The position numbers and the translations under genes were made by a program. This document shows positions 1-9,799 of a stretch of 64,000 nucleotides of DNA, piece by piece. Each line of letters opens with the position of its first letter. Positions within the stretch are counted from its first letter, which is position 1. Origin of the DNA: an uncultured Rhodospirillaceae bacterium (GTDB lineage: Bacteria; Pseudomonadota; Alphaproteobacteria; UBA2966); assembly GCA_964528595.1 (NCBI GenBank), contig CAZGTM010000005.1, positions 11,499 through 75,498 on the forward strand. The letters run 5' to 3'. The notes under the pieces are model-generated. The model saw only the letters and a program-made list of their open reading frames with translations, was not told where the DNA came from and did not search any database.

Positions 1-462
1 GTTGGGCGAGCCGAAGGGGAAGAGTACCCCGTTGGCAGACGATTCGGAGGTTTGGCTCGGCGCGAACGCCTCGCACAGGCCGTATTCGAAGTTGCCCCGG
101 CCGGTCGAAAGGCAGACCGCCTCCGGGCCGTGCCGGTCGGCGATCTCCGTCAGATTGTCGACCAGGATTTCGTAGGCCGCATCCCACGAGATGCGTTCGA
201 ACTCGGCGCTTCCGCGGTCGCCAACGCGGCGTTGCGGATAGAGCAGGCGGTCGGGCGAATAGATGATCTCCGCCGCATGGGCGCCGCGCGGACAGACGTA
301 ACCCAGCGGATGATCCTTGAGCGGCGTGAGGCGGTCGATCCGCTCGCCGTCAAAATGGACGTTGACCCCGCAACCGGCGGGGCACACCCCGCAGACGCCC
401 GGTACGGTGCTTCGCCCGGCGTTTTCGGCGCCGGCCGTGACCTCATCCAAATCGGTACTCAC
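1..462 (-). CDS. Molybdopterin-dependent oxidoreductase, N-terminal 4Fe-4S domain (5' part only; gene continues beyond window start)
   Basis: The reverse-complement translation starts with GTG at about 462, preceded by GAGG. It reads MSTDLDEVTAGAENAGRSTVPGVCGVCPAGCGVNVHFDGERIDRLTPLKDHPLGYVCPRG..., and C-x2-C-x3-C is the N-terminal Fe-S motif of the formate dehydrogenase, nitrate reductase and DMSO reductase family. GC3 codon bias favours this frame over the listed plus-strand ORF 52-543. Confidence 0.6.
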   Translation of the reverse strand, partial: MSTDLDEVTAGAENAGRSTVPGVCGVCPAGCGVNVHFDGERIDRLTPLKDHPLGYVCPRGAHAAEIIYSPDRLLYPQRRVGDRGSAEFERISWDAAYEILVDNLTEIADRHGPEAVCLSTGRGNFEYGLCEAFAPSQTSESSANGVLFPFGSPN

Positions 463-517
463 TTCGACCTCATCAAAAACCAATCGAGTTCCTGTTTAGC
501 ACCGACAAATCCCAGTG

Positions 518-919
518 TCAGTTGTTCCGGGCACCCTGGCTGATCCAGAATCTCAGCGTCCGCCGTTCGCACTTCGACAGCTGGCGGCGCTCGTGCGGCA
601 TCCAGATTGACTTATCGGTTTTGCGCTCGACCACGGCGATTAGATTACTGGTCAGGGCGCTGCGCGGGGTGACCACGGAGCCAAACTTCGTACCGGTCAT
701 GAGGCCCTTGTAGGAGCGCAGATCAAGACCGCTCTTTTCGTACCCCTCCCCGGCAGGCTGATGACATTCCACGCAGCGCAGCTCAAGGATCGGCAAGACA
801 TCCCCGGCAAAGCTGACGGTCTCTGCCGCAAGCGTAGCCGGGAACAAAAAAACAGCTGCAATCACCGTTCCGGTCGTCTTCCGGATCGGCTTCGAGAACA
901 AGCCGTCGAAATTAATCAT
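518..919 (-). CDS. Secreted c-type cytochrome (single CxxCH haem-binding motif)
   Basis: A signal-peptide-like N-terminus (TGTVIAAVFLFPATLAAE) and a CVECH haem motif. The preferred start is the third ATG (MINFDG...), which has a GGAGGG SD 4-5 nt upstream. The gene lies directly upstream of the molybdoenzyme gene on the same strand. Confidence 0.65.
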   Translation of the reverse strand: MINFDGLFSKPIRKTTGTVIAAVFLFPATLAAETVSFAGDVLPILELRCVECHQPAGEGYEKSGLDLRSYKGLMTGTKFGSVVTPRSALTSNLIAVVERKTDKSIWMPHERRQLSKCERRTLRFWISQGARNN

Positions 920-1299
920 AACACCCTCCATTGATCCCATGTCGTCCAGATAGGGACGTCAGGCGTGACCAGCGGAGACGGTTTGTCGAATTGCGGTCGT
1001 ATTGTGCCTAAACGGATATTTCAGACACGCCAACCGTTTGGGGGACCGGCCCGAACGTGACATTACTTTTCCGCGGTCGGTATTGCCGTCAGTCCCACAC
1101 CTTTAAAATACCTTGATTTTCCGATGAATGCGCCGCGTCAAATCGCCACAGAGGCAGGCACTGTATGTCTTGTCATGCAGCGCATGTCGGATGTTGGGGG
1201 CGGTACGACTTGACCAAAGTCATACTGCCGGCGGTCGGATTCTCCTTCCCTTAGGCCCTAAATTTCGAAGATAAAAGTGGCTCCGGCCCGGAGACGTCG

Positions 1300-2733
1300 A
1301 TGAAAATATTCGAACCGCTCGATATCAACGGCATGGTGATCCCCAACCGCATCTACGTGCCGGCCATGGTGACGCGGTTGTCCGGCGAAGACGGCTTCGT
1401 CAATCAGGACATCTCGGACCGCTATGCGCGTTACGGCGAAGGCGGCGCCGGGTTGATCGTCGTGGAAGCGATGGCCGTGCACAATTCCAACGCCGGACCC
1501 CTGCTGCGTATTAGCGACGACAGTTTCGTGCCGGGGCTGGCCGATCTGGTGAAAAGGGTCCACGACACGTCGGAGTCGAAGATCGTGCCCCAGATCATCC
1601 ATTTCCTGAAAATCGCCCGCTCGGGCTGGCGCCAGACCCTGGACATGCTGGAGCATGAACAGATCGACCTGATCGTCGAGCAATTCGGCGACGCCGTGGC
1701 GCGGGCCCGGGAGGCCGGTTTCGACGGCGCCGAACTCCATTCCGCCCACGCCTATACGCTGGCTTCGTTCATCTCGCGGCGCAATCCGCGCAAGGACGAG
1801 TATGGCAAGACTCTGGAGGGACGTTTGCGCCTGATCGGCCGGGTGATGGACAACGTCAGGCGGAAGGTCGGTCCCGACTTCCCGGTCGGCGTCCGCATCA
1901 ATGCCGAGGAATTCATCCGCGGTGGCTACACCGTCAAGGAAGGCAAACTAATCGCCCTGCGCCACGCCCAACTGGGCTGTGATTACGTGTCGCTGTCGGT
2001 CGGCGGCAAGTTCGAGGACGCCGAACATCATCCGGGCGAGGTCCTGCATGCCTACACCGGATACTCCGGCGAACGGGCGATGCCAGACGTCTGGCACCCC
2101 GACATGACCCATGTCCCCCTGGCGGCGGAGATCAAGGCCTTCATCAACGCCAAGGGCTACACCACGCCCGTTATCACGGCCGGTAAGATCCGCCAGCCCG
2201 ACGATGCCGAGCAGATCCTGATCGACGGCAAGGCCGACGTGCTGGGGATCGCGCGCCAGCTGCTGGCCGATCCGGACTGGCCGAACAAGGTCAAGCGGGG
2301 CGATGTCGACCGCATCATCAAGTGCGATTACTGCAACGTCTGCAAGGCGCTCGACGGCGCGCACGAGAAGGTATTCTGTTTCCTCTGGAACAAAGGCGAA
2401 ATTCAGGCCCCGCCCGAAGCGGATGAAGGCGAGGCGCCGGCCTGGGGCGAGGCGGGCGGCGGATTGACCGTGGAACTCAAGGAGGGCGCCGCCCAACTCG
2501 CCTGGGACAAGGCCGAGGGCGCCTCGGGCTATGACGTTTACCGGGCCGACGACGACGGCGACGTGACCTGCGTCGAGGCCGCCAAGGTCAGGCGCTGGGC
2601 CGACCGGACGATCATGGCCGGCATGCGCTATCGTTATTACGTGCGGGCCTACGATCAGGCCGGCCGCAGCAGTCCGCCCTCGAATACCGTGCTGTTCGAG
2701 CCTGAAATGCCCGACTACAGGGCCGCCGGGTAG
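1300..2733 (+). CDS. Old Yellow Enzyme family NADH:flavin oxidoreductase with C-x2-C-x2-C-x11-C Fe-S motif and C-terminal fibronectin type III-like domain
   Basis: The N-terminal 330 aa match the OYE/2,4-dienoyl-CoA reductase-like TIM barrel. Residues around 340-365 carry a cysteine cluster (CDYCNVCKALDGAHEKVFC). The last roughly 100 aa have the Fn3 signature (W..GASGYDVYR...YRYYVRAYDQAGRSSPPS). A GGAG SD lies 6 nt upstream of the ATG. Confidence 0.85.
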   Translation: MKIFEPLDINGMVIPNRIYVPAMVTRLSGEDGFVNQDISDRYARYGEGGAGLIVVEAMAVHNSNAGPLLRISDDSFVPGLADLVKRVHDTSESKIVPQIIHFLKIARSGWRQTLDMLEHEQIDLIVEQFGDAVARAREAGFDGAELHSAHAYTLASFISRRNPRKDEYGKTLEGRLRLIGRVMDNVRRKVGPDFPVGVRINAEEFIRGGYTVKEGKLIALRHAQLGCDYVSLSVGGKFEDAEHHPGEVLHAYTGYSGERAMPDVWHPDMTHVPLAAEIKAFINAKGYTTPVITAGKIRQPDDAEQILIDGKADVLGIARQLLADPDWPNKVKRGDVDRIIKCDYCNVCKALDGAHEKVFCFLWNKGEIQAPPEADEGEAPAWGEAGGGLTVELKEGAAQLAWDKAEGASGYDVYRADDDGDVTCVEAAKVRRWADRTIMAGMRYRYYVRAYDQAGRSSPPSNTVLFEPEMPDYRAAG

Positions 2734-2739
2734 GGCTTC

Positions 2740-4380
2740 ATGCTGGAGGGCTGCGTTCCCTGGCCTGACGACGTCGCCCGGCGTTACCGGGAGGCGGGTT
2801 ACTGGCAGGGCATCACCCTCGGCGACATGCTCGATGAGACGGTCGCGACCTGGGGCGACAGGACGGCGGTCGTGCACGGCGACGTTCGCCTCTCCTACGC
2901 GGAGCTCGCCGCCGCCGTCGACAGACTGGCCCTGGCGTTCCTGGAAGGCGGCCTCAAGGCGCTTGACCGAGTGATCTTCCAGTTACCCAATGTGCCCCTG
3001 TTCGTGACCGCCTTCTTCGCGCTGCAGAAGATCGGCGTCATTCCGGTCATGGCATTGAGAGCCCATCGGCTCAACGAGATCCGACATTTTGCCGGCCATG
3101 CCGGTGCCGTGGGCTACGTCATTCCCGATATCGTGCGTAGCGTGGACTACCGGGAGATGGCGAGGGAGTTATCCGCTGAACTCGATCACCTTACCCACGT
3201 CTTCGTGGCGGGCGAAGCCGGACCCGGACAGATCTCGATCGAAGACGGCAGCGGTGGGCCGCTCTCCCCTGACCAACGAACCCGCCTGTCGGCCCGCCGG
3301 CCCGATCCGGGCGAGGTCGCCCTGATGCTGCTGTCGGGCGGCACCACCGGGCTGCCCAAGCTGATCCCGCGAACCCACGACGATTATATCTACAACGCCA
3401 AGCAGTCCGCCCGGGCGCTGGGGTTCGGGCCCGGGACCACGTTCCTAATCCTGCTGCCCCTGGCGCACAACTACAATCTGGCCGCACCCGGCCTGCTCGG
3501 TGCGATCTCGCAGGGCGCCACGGTCGTTTTAAGCGACGACATCTCGGCCCAGGCCGTCTTTCCCCTGATCGAGCGCGAGAGCGTGAGCCATGTCGGCGCG
3601 GCGTTGCCGTTGATCGCAAGCTGGCTCAACGATCCGGCATCGGGCACCAGCGATCTGAGAACGCTGAAAACCATGTCCAACGGTGGCGCCCGGCTGCCCC
3701 GGCCCTTGCGCGAAGGTCTCGAGGAGAAGTTCGGCTGCACCTTCGTCGAGAGCTACGGCACATCGGAAGGCCTGATCAACCAGACGCGCCTCGACGATCC
3801 TGACGAGGTCAGGTTCGAGAGCTCGGGACGGCCCATCTCGCCGGCCGACGAAATTAGGATCGTCGGCGAGGCGGGCCGGGAATTGCCGGACGGGGAGGTC
3901 GGCGAATTGCTGGTCCGCGGGCCCTATACCGTCCGCGGCTACTACCGTAACCCTGAGGCCGACGCCAAGGCATTCACCTCGGACGGTTACTACCGCATGG
4001 GCGATGATGTGCAGAAGAGCGCGGGCTCGCTCTATGCCTCGGGGCGCCAGGGCGATCAGATCAACCGGGGCGGCGAAAAGATCGATTGCGGGGAGGTCGA
4101 GGGCCACATCCACGCCCATCCGGCGGTCGACGGCGTCTGCATCGTCGCCATGCCCGATCAGATCTACGGCGAAAAGGCCTGCGCCTTCGTCACCCTCAAA
4201 CAGGACGCCGAGCTTTCCCTGGAAGATATCAAAAGCTTTTTGATCGGCCGCAACATCGCCAAGTTCAAAATCCCAGAACGCCTGGAGGTGGTCGCGGAAT
4301 TCCCCCTCAGCCCGGCCGGCAAGATCCTGCGCCGCGAATTGCGCCGGCACATCGAGGACACGTTAACGGCGGAGACCTAG
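2740..4380 (+). CDS. Aryl-acid adenylating enzyme (2,3-dihydroxybenzoate-AMP ligase EntE/DhbE family)
   Basis: Strong end-to-end resemblance to EntE: WP..ARRYRE.GYWQ, LSGGTTGLPKLIPRTHDDY, ESYGTSEGLINQTRLDDP, DQINRGGEKI and FKIPERLEVV. No carrier-protein or NRPS gene is nearby. Confidence 0.85.
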   Translation: MLEGCVPWPDDVARRYREAGYWQGITLGDMLDETVATWGDRTAVVHGDVRLSYAELAAAVDRLALAFLEGGLKALDRVIFQLPNVPLFVTAFFALQKIGVIPVMALRAHRLNEIRHFAGHAGAVGYVIPDIVRSVDYREMARELSAELDHLTHVFVAGEAGPGQISIEDGSGGPLSPDQRTRLSARRPDPGEVALMLLSGGTTGLPKLIPRTHDDYIYNAKQSARALGFGPGTTFLILLPLAHNYNLAAPGLLGAISQGATVVLSDDISAQAVFPLIERESVSHVGAALPLIASWLNDPASGTSDLRTLKTMSNGGARLPRPLREGLEEKFGCTFVESYGTSEGLINQTRLDDPDEVRFESSGRPISPADEIRIVGEAGRELPDGEVGELLVRGPYTVRGYYRNPEADAKAFTSDGYYRMGDDVQKSAGSLYASGRQGDQINRGGEKIDCGEVEGHIHAHPAVDGVCIVAMPDQIYGEKACAFVTLKQDAELSLEDIKSFLIGRNIAKFKIPERLEVVAEFPLSPAGKILRRELRRHIEDTLTAET

Positions 4381-4472
4381 CCCGCCGTCATCACAGCCCG
4401 CCGTTTGTTCCGGCCCCAATTCGTCTTACCTGCTTTAGGTGACGCTTTTCAGGTCGAGCAAAGGGGACTGAT

Positions 4473-5852
4473 ATGGCCGAGAGGTATGACGCCATCGTCA
4501 TCGGAACGGGGCAGGCCGGCCCGTCGCTGGCGCAGCGCATGACCGGCGAAGGCATGAAGGTGGCGATCATCGAACGCAAATTGTTCGGCGGTACCTGCGT
4601 TAACGTCGGCTGCATTCCCACCAAGTCTCTGGTCGCCAGCGCGCGGGCCGCGCACATGGCGCGGCGCGGCGCCGAATTCGGTTTCAGCGTGGGTGGCGAT
4701 GTCGAGGTCGACATGGCCGCGGTCAAGGCCCGCAAGGATGCCATCGTCAAGCAGTCCAACGACGGCGTCACCAACTGGCTCAGGAACATGGATAACCTGA
4801 CCGTCATCGAAGGCCATGGCCGGCTTGAAAGCGCCAATTCGGTCAGCGTCAACGGCGAGACGCTGGAAGCCGACCGCATTGTGCTCAACGTGGGGGGGCG
4901 GGCCGTCGTGCCCGACATGCCCGGCGTCGGCGACGTCGATTATCTGATCAACACCAACATCATGGACGTCGATTACCTGCCGGAACATCTGGTCGTCATC
5001 GGCGGCAGTTATATCGGCCTCGAATTTGCCCAGATGTACCGCCGTTTCGGCAGCCGCGTCACGGTGGTCGAGATGGGACCGCGGCTGATCGGCCGCGAGG
5101 ACGAGGAAATCTCCGAAGCCGTCGCGGACATCCTGGCAGGCGAGGGCATCGACGTGCGCCTCAATTCGGACTGCATCGCCTTGGCCGCCCGCGACCGCCA
5201 CGTTGCGGTCACAGCGAGTTGCGAGCCGGGGCCCGAGGAGATCGTCGGCAGCCACGTATTGCTGGCGGTCGGCCGCAAGCCCAACACCGACGACTTGGGT
5301 TTGGCGGCGGCGGGCGTCGAGACGGACGGGCGAGGTTACATCGTGGTCGATGATGAATTGCGCACCAACGTGCCCGGCATCTGGGCCATCGGCGACGTCA
5401 ACGGCCGCGGCGCCTTCACCCACACCTCCTTCAACGATTATGAAATCCTCGCCGCCAACATGTTCGACGATGACCCCCGGCGCGTCTCGGACCGCATCAC
5501 GACCTATGGCCTGTTCATCGATCCACCCCTGGGCCGCATCGGCATGACCGAGGCGCAGGTGCGCCAGTCGGGCCGCAATGCACTGGTCGGCAGGATGATG
5601 ATGGCGCGGGTGGGCCGCGCCCGCGAGCGCGGTGAAACCCAGGGGCTGATGAAGGTCCTGATCGATGCCGAAACGGAGCGCATCCTGGGGGCGGCGATCC
5701 TCGGCATCGGCGGCGACGAAGTCGTTCATTCGCTGCTCGACGCGATGTACGCCGACGCCCCCTACACGGTGATCCAGCGGGCCACCCACATCCACCCGAC
5801 CGTCAGCGAGCTGATCCCGACCCTTCTCGGCAACCTTGAGCCCCTGAACTGA
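4473..5852 (+). CDS. FAD-dependent pyridine nucleotide-disulfide oxidoreductase (dihydrolipoamide dehydrogenase / glutathione reductase-like, class I)
   Basis: GxGxxG at the N-terminus, a redox-active GGTCVNVGCIPTK motif and a C-terminal HIHPTVSE His-Pro-x-x-E motif. It lacks a MerA-style C-terminal Cys pair. No E1 or E2 genes are nearby. Confidence 0.85.
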   Translation: MAERYDAIVIGTGQAGPSLAQRMTGEGMKVAIIERKLFGGTCVNVGCIPTKSLVASARAAHMARRGAEFGFSVGGDVEVDMAAVKARKDAIVKQSNDGVTNWLRNMDNLTVIEGHGRLESANSVSVNGETLEADRIVLNVGGRAVVPDMPGVGDVDYLINTNIMDVDYLPEHLVVIGGSYIGLEFAQMYRRFGSRVTVVEMGPRLIGREDEEISEAVADILAGEGIDVRLNSDCIALAARDRHVAVTASCEPGPEEIVGSHVLLAVGRKPNTDDLGLAAAGVETDGRGYIVVDDELRTNVPGIWAIGDVNGRGAFTHTSFNDYEILAANMFDDDPRRVSDRITTYGLFIDPPLGRIGMTEAQVRQSGRNALVGRMMMARVGRARERGETQGLMKVLIDAETERILGAAILGIGGDEVVHSLLDAMYADAPYTVIQRATHIHPTVSELIPTLLGNLEPLN

Positions 5853-5963
5853 TCGTTGCTTGCGAAACGACCTGCGCGTTGATGCTGTTGCCTTGGCCAT
5901 CCAGCCGAACTACGATTTTCGCCGGTTTGGTCCACGACCGGGAACGCTTGGCGGAAGGTTTAG

Positions 5964-7577
5964 ATGTATCAGTTTCAGTTAACGCGCTCCCTGGTTCCGG
6001 CCCAAAGCGACGCCCGCGTGGAGGAAACGACGGTCGGCGGCTTGCTGGGCGAGGTGGCCGCCGAACACGCGGATGCGCCGGCCCTGGTCGAAGTCGACAT
6101 GGAGGGCAACACCGCCCGGACCTGGACATACGGTGAATTGCTGACCGAAGCCGAGGAGCTGGCGCTGGCGTTGTCGAGCCGTTTCGCGCCGGGCGAACGG
6201 GTGACCGTGTGGGCGCCGAACATTCCGGAATGGCTCCTGGCCGAATATGGCTGTGCTTTGGCCGGCATCACGCTGGTGACCGCCAATCCCGCCTACCAGA
6301 CCAAGGAACTGCGCTACGTTCTGGAGCAGTCGGGATCGGTGGCGCTTTTTCTGGTCGAAAGCTATCGCGGCAACCCGATGGCGGAAATCGCCGCCGAGGC
6401 TTGCCGGGGTCTGGCGGCCATCCGTGAAATCGTCGACATGGACGACCGCGCGGCCTTTTTCCGCCACGGCGACCGGCCGCCCGAATTGCCCGAAGTGACG
6501 CCGGACGATGCCGCCCAGATCCAGTATACCTCCGGTACCACGGGCTTTCCCAAGGGCGCGGTGCTGCACCACCGGGGGCTCACCAACAATGCCCGGCTGG
6601 TGGCACAGCGGGCCAACACCAGGGCTTCGTCAACTTGGGCCAACTTCATGCCGATGTTCCACACCAGCGGTTGTGGCATTATCTCGCTGGGTTGCCTGCA
6701 GACCGCCAGCCGCATGCTGTTGGTGAAGTTCTTCGAGCCGGCCGCCGTCAACCGCCTGATCGAGAGCGAAAAGGTCACCGCCTTGCTGGGCGTGCCGACC
6801 ATGCTGGTCGCCATGCTGGAGGCGCTGGAGCAGGAGTCCCGCGATACCGCGTCAGTCGAGATGGCGGTCTCCGGCGGCTCCATGGTGGCGCCCGAACTGG
6901 TGCGCCGCGTGCGCGACGCCTACGGCTGTGATTTCGAAATCGTCTACGGCCAGACCGAAACCTCGCCCGTGGTTACCCAGCATCACCACGACGACAGCCT
7001 CGACGACATCTGCAACACCGTCGGCCAGCCCATGCCGCAGACCGGTATTTCCATCCGCAGTACCGAGGAAAACGCGGTCGTGCCGATCGATACCGTCGGC
7101 GAGATCTGCGTGCAGGGCTATTGCAACATGATCGGCTATAACGCCAACGAACAGGCGACGGCGGAAACCATCGATGCGGAAGGCTGGCTCCATACCGGCG
7201 ATCTCGGCGCCATGGATGCGCGCGGTTATGTGCGCGTCACCGGGCGGGTCAAGGAGATGATCATCCGGGGCGGCGAGAATCTCTTTCCGGCGGAAATCGA
7301 GAACGCGCTGCTGGAGCACCCCTCGGTTGCAGAGGTCGCCGTGGTCGGATTGCCTGACGACAAATGGGGTGAGGTCGTCGCCTGCTTCCTGCGCGGCGAG
7401 ATGGGCCGGGAGTTGGATCCGCAGGAGCTCCGCCGACATTGCCGCGAACACCTGGCGCCGCATAAGACGCCCGTCGTTTGGGTCGGCGTCGACGCCTTCC
7501 CGCTCACGGGTTCGGGGAAAATCCAGAAATTCGCGCTGCGCGACGGTTTTATCGCCGGCGACCACCAGCCGATGTGA
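5964..7577 (+). CDS. AMP-dependent acyl-CoA synthetase/ligase
   Basis: The AMP-binding motif YTSGTTGFPKG, and GEICVQG...TGDLG...GRVKEMIIRGGENLFP. A GGAAGG SD is present. Confidence 0.85.
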   Translation: MYQFQLTRSLVPAQSDARVEETTVGGLLGEVAAEHADAPALVEVDMEGNTARTWTYGELLTEAEELALALSSRFAPGERVTVWAPNIPEWLLAEYGCALAGITLVTANPAYQTKELRYVLEQSGSVALFLVESYRGNPMAEIAAEACRGLAAIREIVDMDDRAAFFRHGDRPPELPEVTPDDAAQIQYTSGTTGFPKGAVLHHRGLTNNARLVAQRANTRASSTWANFMPMFHTSGCGIISLGCLQTASRMLLVKFFEPAAVNRLIESEKVTALLGVPTMLVAMLEALEQESRDTASVEMAVSGGSMVAPELVRRVRDAYGCDFEIVYGQTETSPVVTQHHHDDSLDDICNTVGQPMPQTGISIRSTEENAVVPIDTVGEICVQGYCNMIGYNANEQATAETIDAEGWLHTGDLGAMDARGYVRVTGRVKEMIIRGGENLFPAEIENALLEHPSVAEVAVVGLPDDKWGEVVACFLRGEMGRELDPQELRRHCREHLAPHKTPVVWVGVDAFPLTGSGKIQKFALRDGFIAGDHQPM

Positions 7578-7665
7578 AGACGGAATATAGTTTGTGGCAA
7601 TTGGCGCCTCGGCATCTGTAAGATTTCACATTGCCGCCGCCGAACAGTCGTGAGGATCAGGGACG

Positions 7666-8583
7666 ATGACCGAAAAATTGCTGGAAGGAAAAGTCGCGTT
7701 GATTACCGGCGCTGGCCGTGGGCTCGGCCGGGCCATGGCGATGATGATGGCGGAGGAGGGCGCCAAGATACTGGTCAACGACCTTGGCGGCTCGGAAATG
7801 GGCGATGGCGAAGATCGTTTGCCGGCCACCGAGGTCGTGAACGACATCCGTGCGGCGGGCGGTGAGGCTGAAACCAACTTCGAAAGCGTGGCCGATTTTT
7901 CCGCCGCGCAAGGCATGGTTGAACAGGCGATGGAGCAGTACGGACGCCTCGATATCGTGGTCAACAACGCCGGCATCCTGCGCGACACCATTTTTCACAA
8001 GATGACGGAGGACGACTGGGATCAGGTTATCGCCGTCCACCTTAAGGGGACGTTCAACGTCAGCCGGGCGGCAGCTCCCATTTTCCGTGCTCTGGAAAGC
8101 GGCTGTTTCTTGCACATGACCTCGACATCGGGCCTGATCGGCAATTTGGGTCAGGCCAACTACGCCGCCGCCAAACTTGGTATCGTCGGATTGTCGAAGT
8201 CCATCGCGCTGGACATGTCGCGCTTCAACGTGCGCTCCAACTGCATCTCGCCTTTCGCCTGGAGCCGCCTGATCGGCACCATCCCCATGGGCACCGAAGC
8301 CGAGCGTGAACGGGTCGAGCGCATCAAGCAGATGAGGCCGAGTAAAGTCGCTTGCGTCGCCGTCGCTCTGGCCTCCGACGCCGCCATGGACGTCACCGGC
8401 CAGATCTTCGCCGTGCGCAACAATGAAATTTTTCTGATGGGCCAGTCGCGCCCGCTTCGGGGCCTGCAGCGGGCCGAAGGCTGGACACCCCATACCGTGT
8501 TGGAGCATGCCCTGCCGGCCATGCGACCCGATTTCTACGCGCTTGATCGGACCAGCGACGTCTTCAGCTGGGATCCCGTGTAG
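7666..8583 (+). CDS. Short-chain dehydrogenase/reductase (SDR)
   Basis: TGAGRGLG cofactor-binding motif, NNAG, and the catalytic S...YAAAK motif. Confidence 0.85.
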   Translation: MTEKLLEGKVALITGAGRGLGRAMAMMMAEEGAKILVNDLGGSEMGDGEDRLPATEVVNDIRAAGGEAETNFESVADFSAAQGMVEQAMEQYGRLDIVVNNAGILRDTIFHKMTEDDWDQVIAVHLKGTFNVSRAAAPIFRALESGCFLHMTSTSGLIGNLGQANYAAAKLGIVGLSKSIALDMSRFNVRSNCISPFAWSRLIGTIPMGTEAERERVERIKQMRPSKVACVAVALASDAAMDVTGQIFAVRNNEIFLMGQSRPLRGLQRAEGWTPHTVLEHALPAMRPDFYALDRTSDVFSWDPV

Positions 8584-8624
8584 GCAGCCGGCCGTCAACA
8601 TGAACGACAAGGAATGAAAATCGT

Positions 8625-9764
8625 ATGGGACCGTTATCCGGACTGAAAGTCATCGAGTTCGCAGGCCTGGGGCCTGGCCCCTTCGCCGCCATGATGTTGG
8701 CCGATATGGGGGCGGACGTGTTGCGCATCGACCGCAAGACAGCGACGGGGGCCTTGCCGCCCACGCCGCCCGAAACCGAATTGCTGGCACGGGGGCGGCC
8801 CTCGGTCGGGCTCGATCTCAAGAAACCCCAAGGCACCGAAACTGCCCTTACGCTGATCGAACGGGCCGACGCCCTGATCGAGGGGTTTCGGCCCGGCGTC
8901 ATGGAACGGTTGGGGCTGGGTCCCGACGTTTGTCGGGCGCGCAACCCGAAGCTGGTGTTCGGCCGCATGACCGGCTGGGGCCAGGACGGCCCGCTGGCGG
9001 ATGTCGCCGGTCACGACATCAACTACATCTCGCTTTCCGGCGTACTGGCCGCGATCGGCCGCGCCGATACCGGGCCCGTGCCGCCGCTCAACCTGATCGG
9101 CGACTTCGGCGGCGGCGGCATGCTGCTGGCCTTCGGGCTGGTCGCGGCGTTGTGGGAAGCCCAGCGTTCGGGAGAGGGCCAGGTCGTCGATGCCGCCATG
9201 ACCGACGGCAGCGCCTTGTTGCTGGCAGGCGTTTTCGGCCGCCACGTCGCCGGCGACTGGTCGACGGAGCGCGAGGCCAATCTGCTCGATGGCGCGGCGC
9301 CGTTCTATGGCACCTACCAGTGCGCCGACGGCAAGTGGTTGAGCATCGGGTCCATCGAAATTCAGTTCTACGATCTGCTGGTCGAAACGCTCGGCATGAC
9401 GGACGAGGAACTGGGCGATCGTTGGGACAAGTCGCTCTGGCCCAAACAACGCCAAACCTTCGCCGACGCTTTCCGGCAAAAAACGCTGGCCGACTGGTGC
9501 GCGCTGATGGAAGGCACGGACATCTGTTTCGCGCCTATTCTCGACATGGACGAGGCGACCCGGCACCCGCACAACGTGGCGCGCGAAACCTACGTCACCT
9601 TCGACGGCGTCGAACAACCCGCGCCCGCCCCGCGGTTCAGCCGGACTTCGCCCGCCCTCAACATGAACGCGCCGCCGCCCGGCGAGAACACGCGCGAGGG
9701 ATTGTCGGGCTGGGGTTTCTCCGACGACGAGCTTGAGGCGCTTGGCGCCGAAGGCGTCATCTAG
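8625..9764 (+). CDS. Family III CoA-transferase (CaiB/BaiF / alpha-methylacyl-CoA racemase-like)
   Basis: N-terminal [34 protein letters not shown] is typical of the CaiB/BaiF family. Length and overall pattern fit. Confidence 0.85.
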   Translation: MGPLSGLKVIEFAGLGPGPFAAMMLADMGADVLRIDRKTATGALPPTPPETELLARGRPSVGLDLKKPQGTETALTLIERADALIEGFRPGVMERLGLGPDVCRARNPKLVFGRMTGWGQDGPLADVAGHDINYISLSGVLAAIGRADTGPVPPLNLIGDFGGGGMLLAFGLVAALWEAQRSGEGQVVDAAMTDGSALLLAGVFGRHVAGDWSTEREANLLDGAAPFYGTYQCADGKWLSIGSIEIQFYDLLVETLGMTDEELGDRWDKSLWPKQRQTFADAFRQKTLADWCALMEGTDICFAPILDMDEATRHPHNVARETYVTFDGVEQPAPAPRFSRTSPALNMNAPPPGENTREGLSGWGFSDDELEALGAEGVI

Positions 9765-9799
9765 GCGCAGGTCTTAATAGCGATTGAGGGTCACACATT

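Noticed and set aside
52-543. 163-aa plus-strand ORF at the window start
   Set aside because: The opposite strand in another frame encodes an unmistakable molybdopterin-oxidoreductase N-terminus (CGVCPAGCGV Fe-S motif) with an SD-preceded GTG start. The plus ORF has no recognisable features and is the usual high-GC antisense artefact.
4473-5852. Possibility that the disulfide oxidoreductase is mercuric reductase MerA
   Set aside because: It has no N-terminal HMA (GMTCxxC) domain and no C-terminal vicinal Cys pair. It retains the His-Pro-x-x-Glu motif of glutathione reductase and E3 enzymes. No mer operon genes are nearby.
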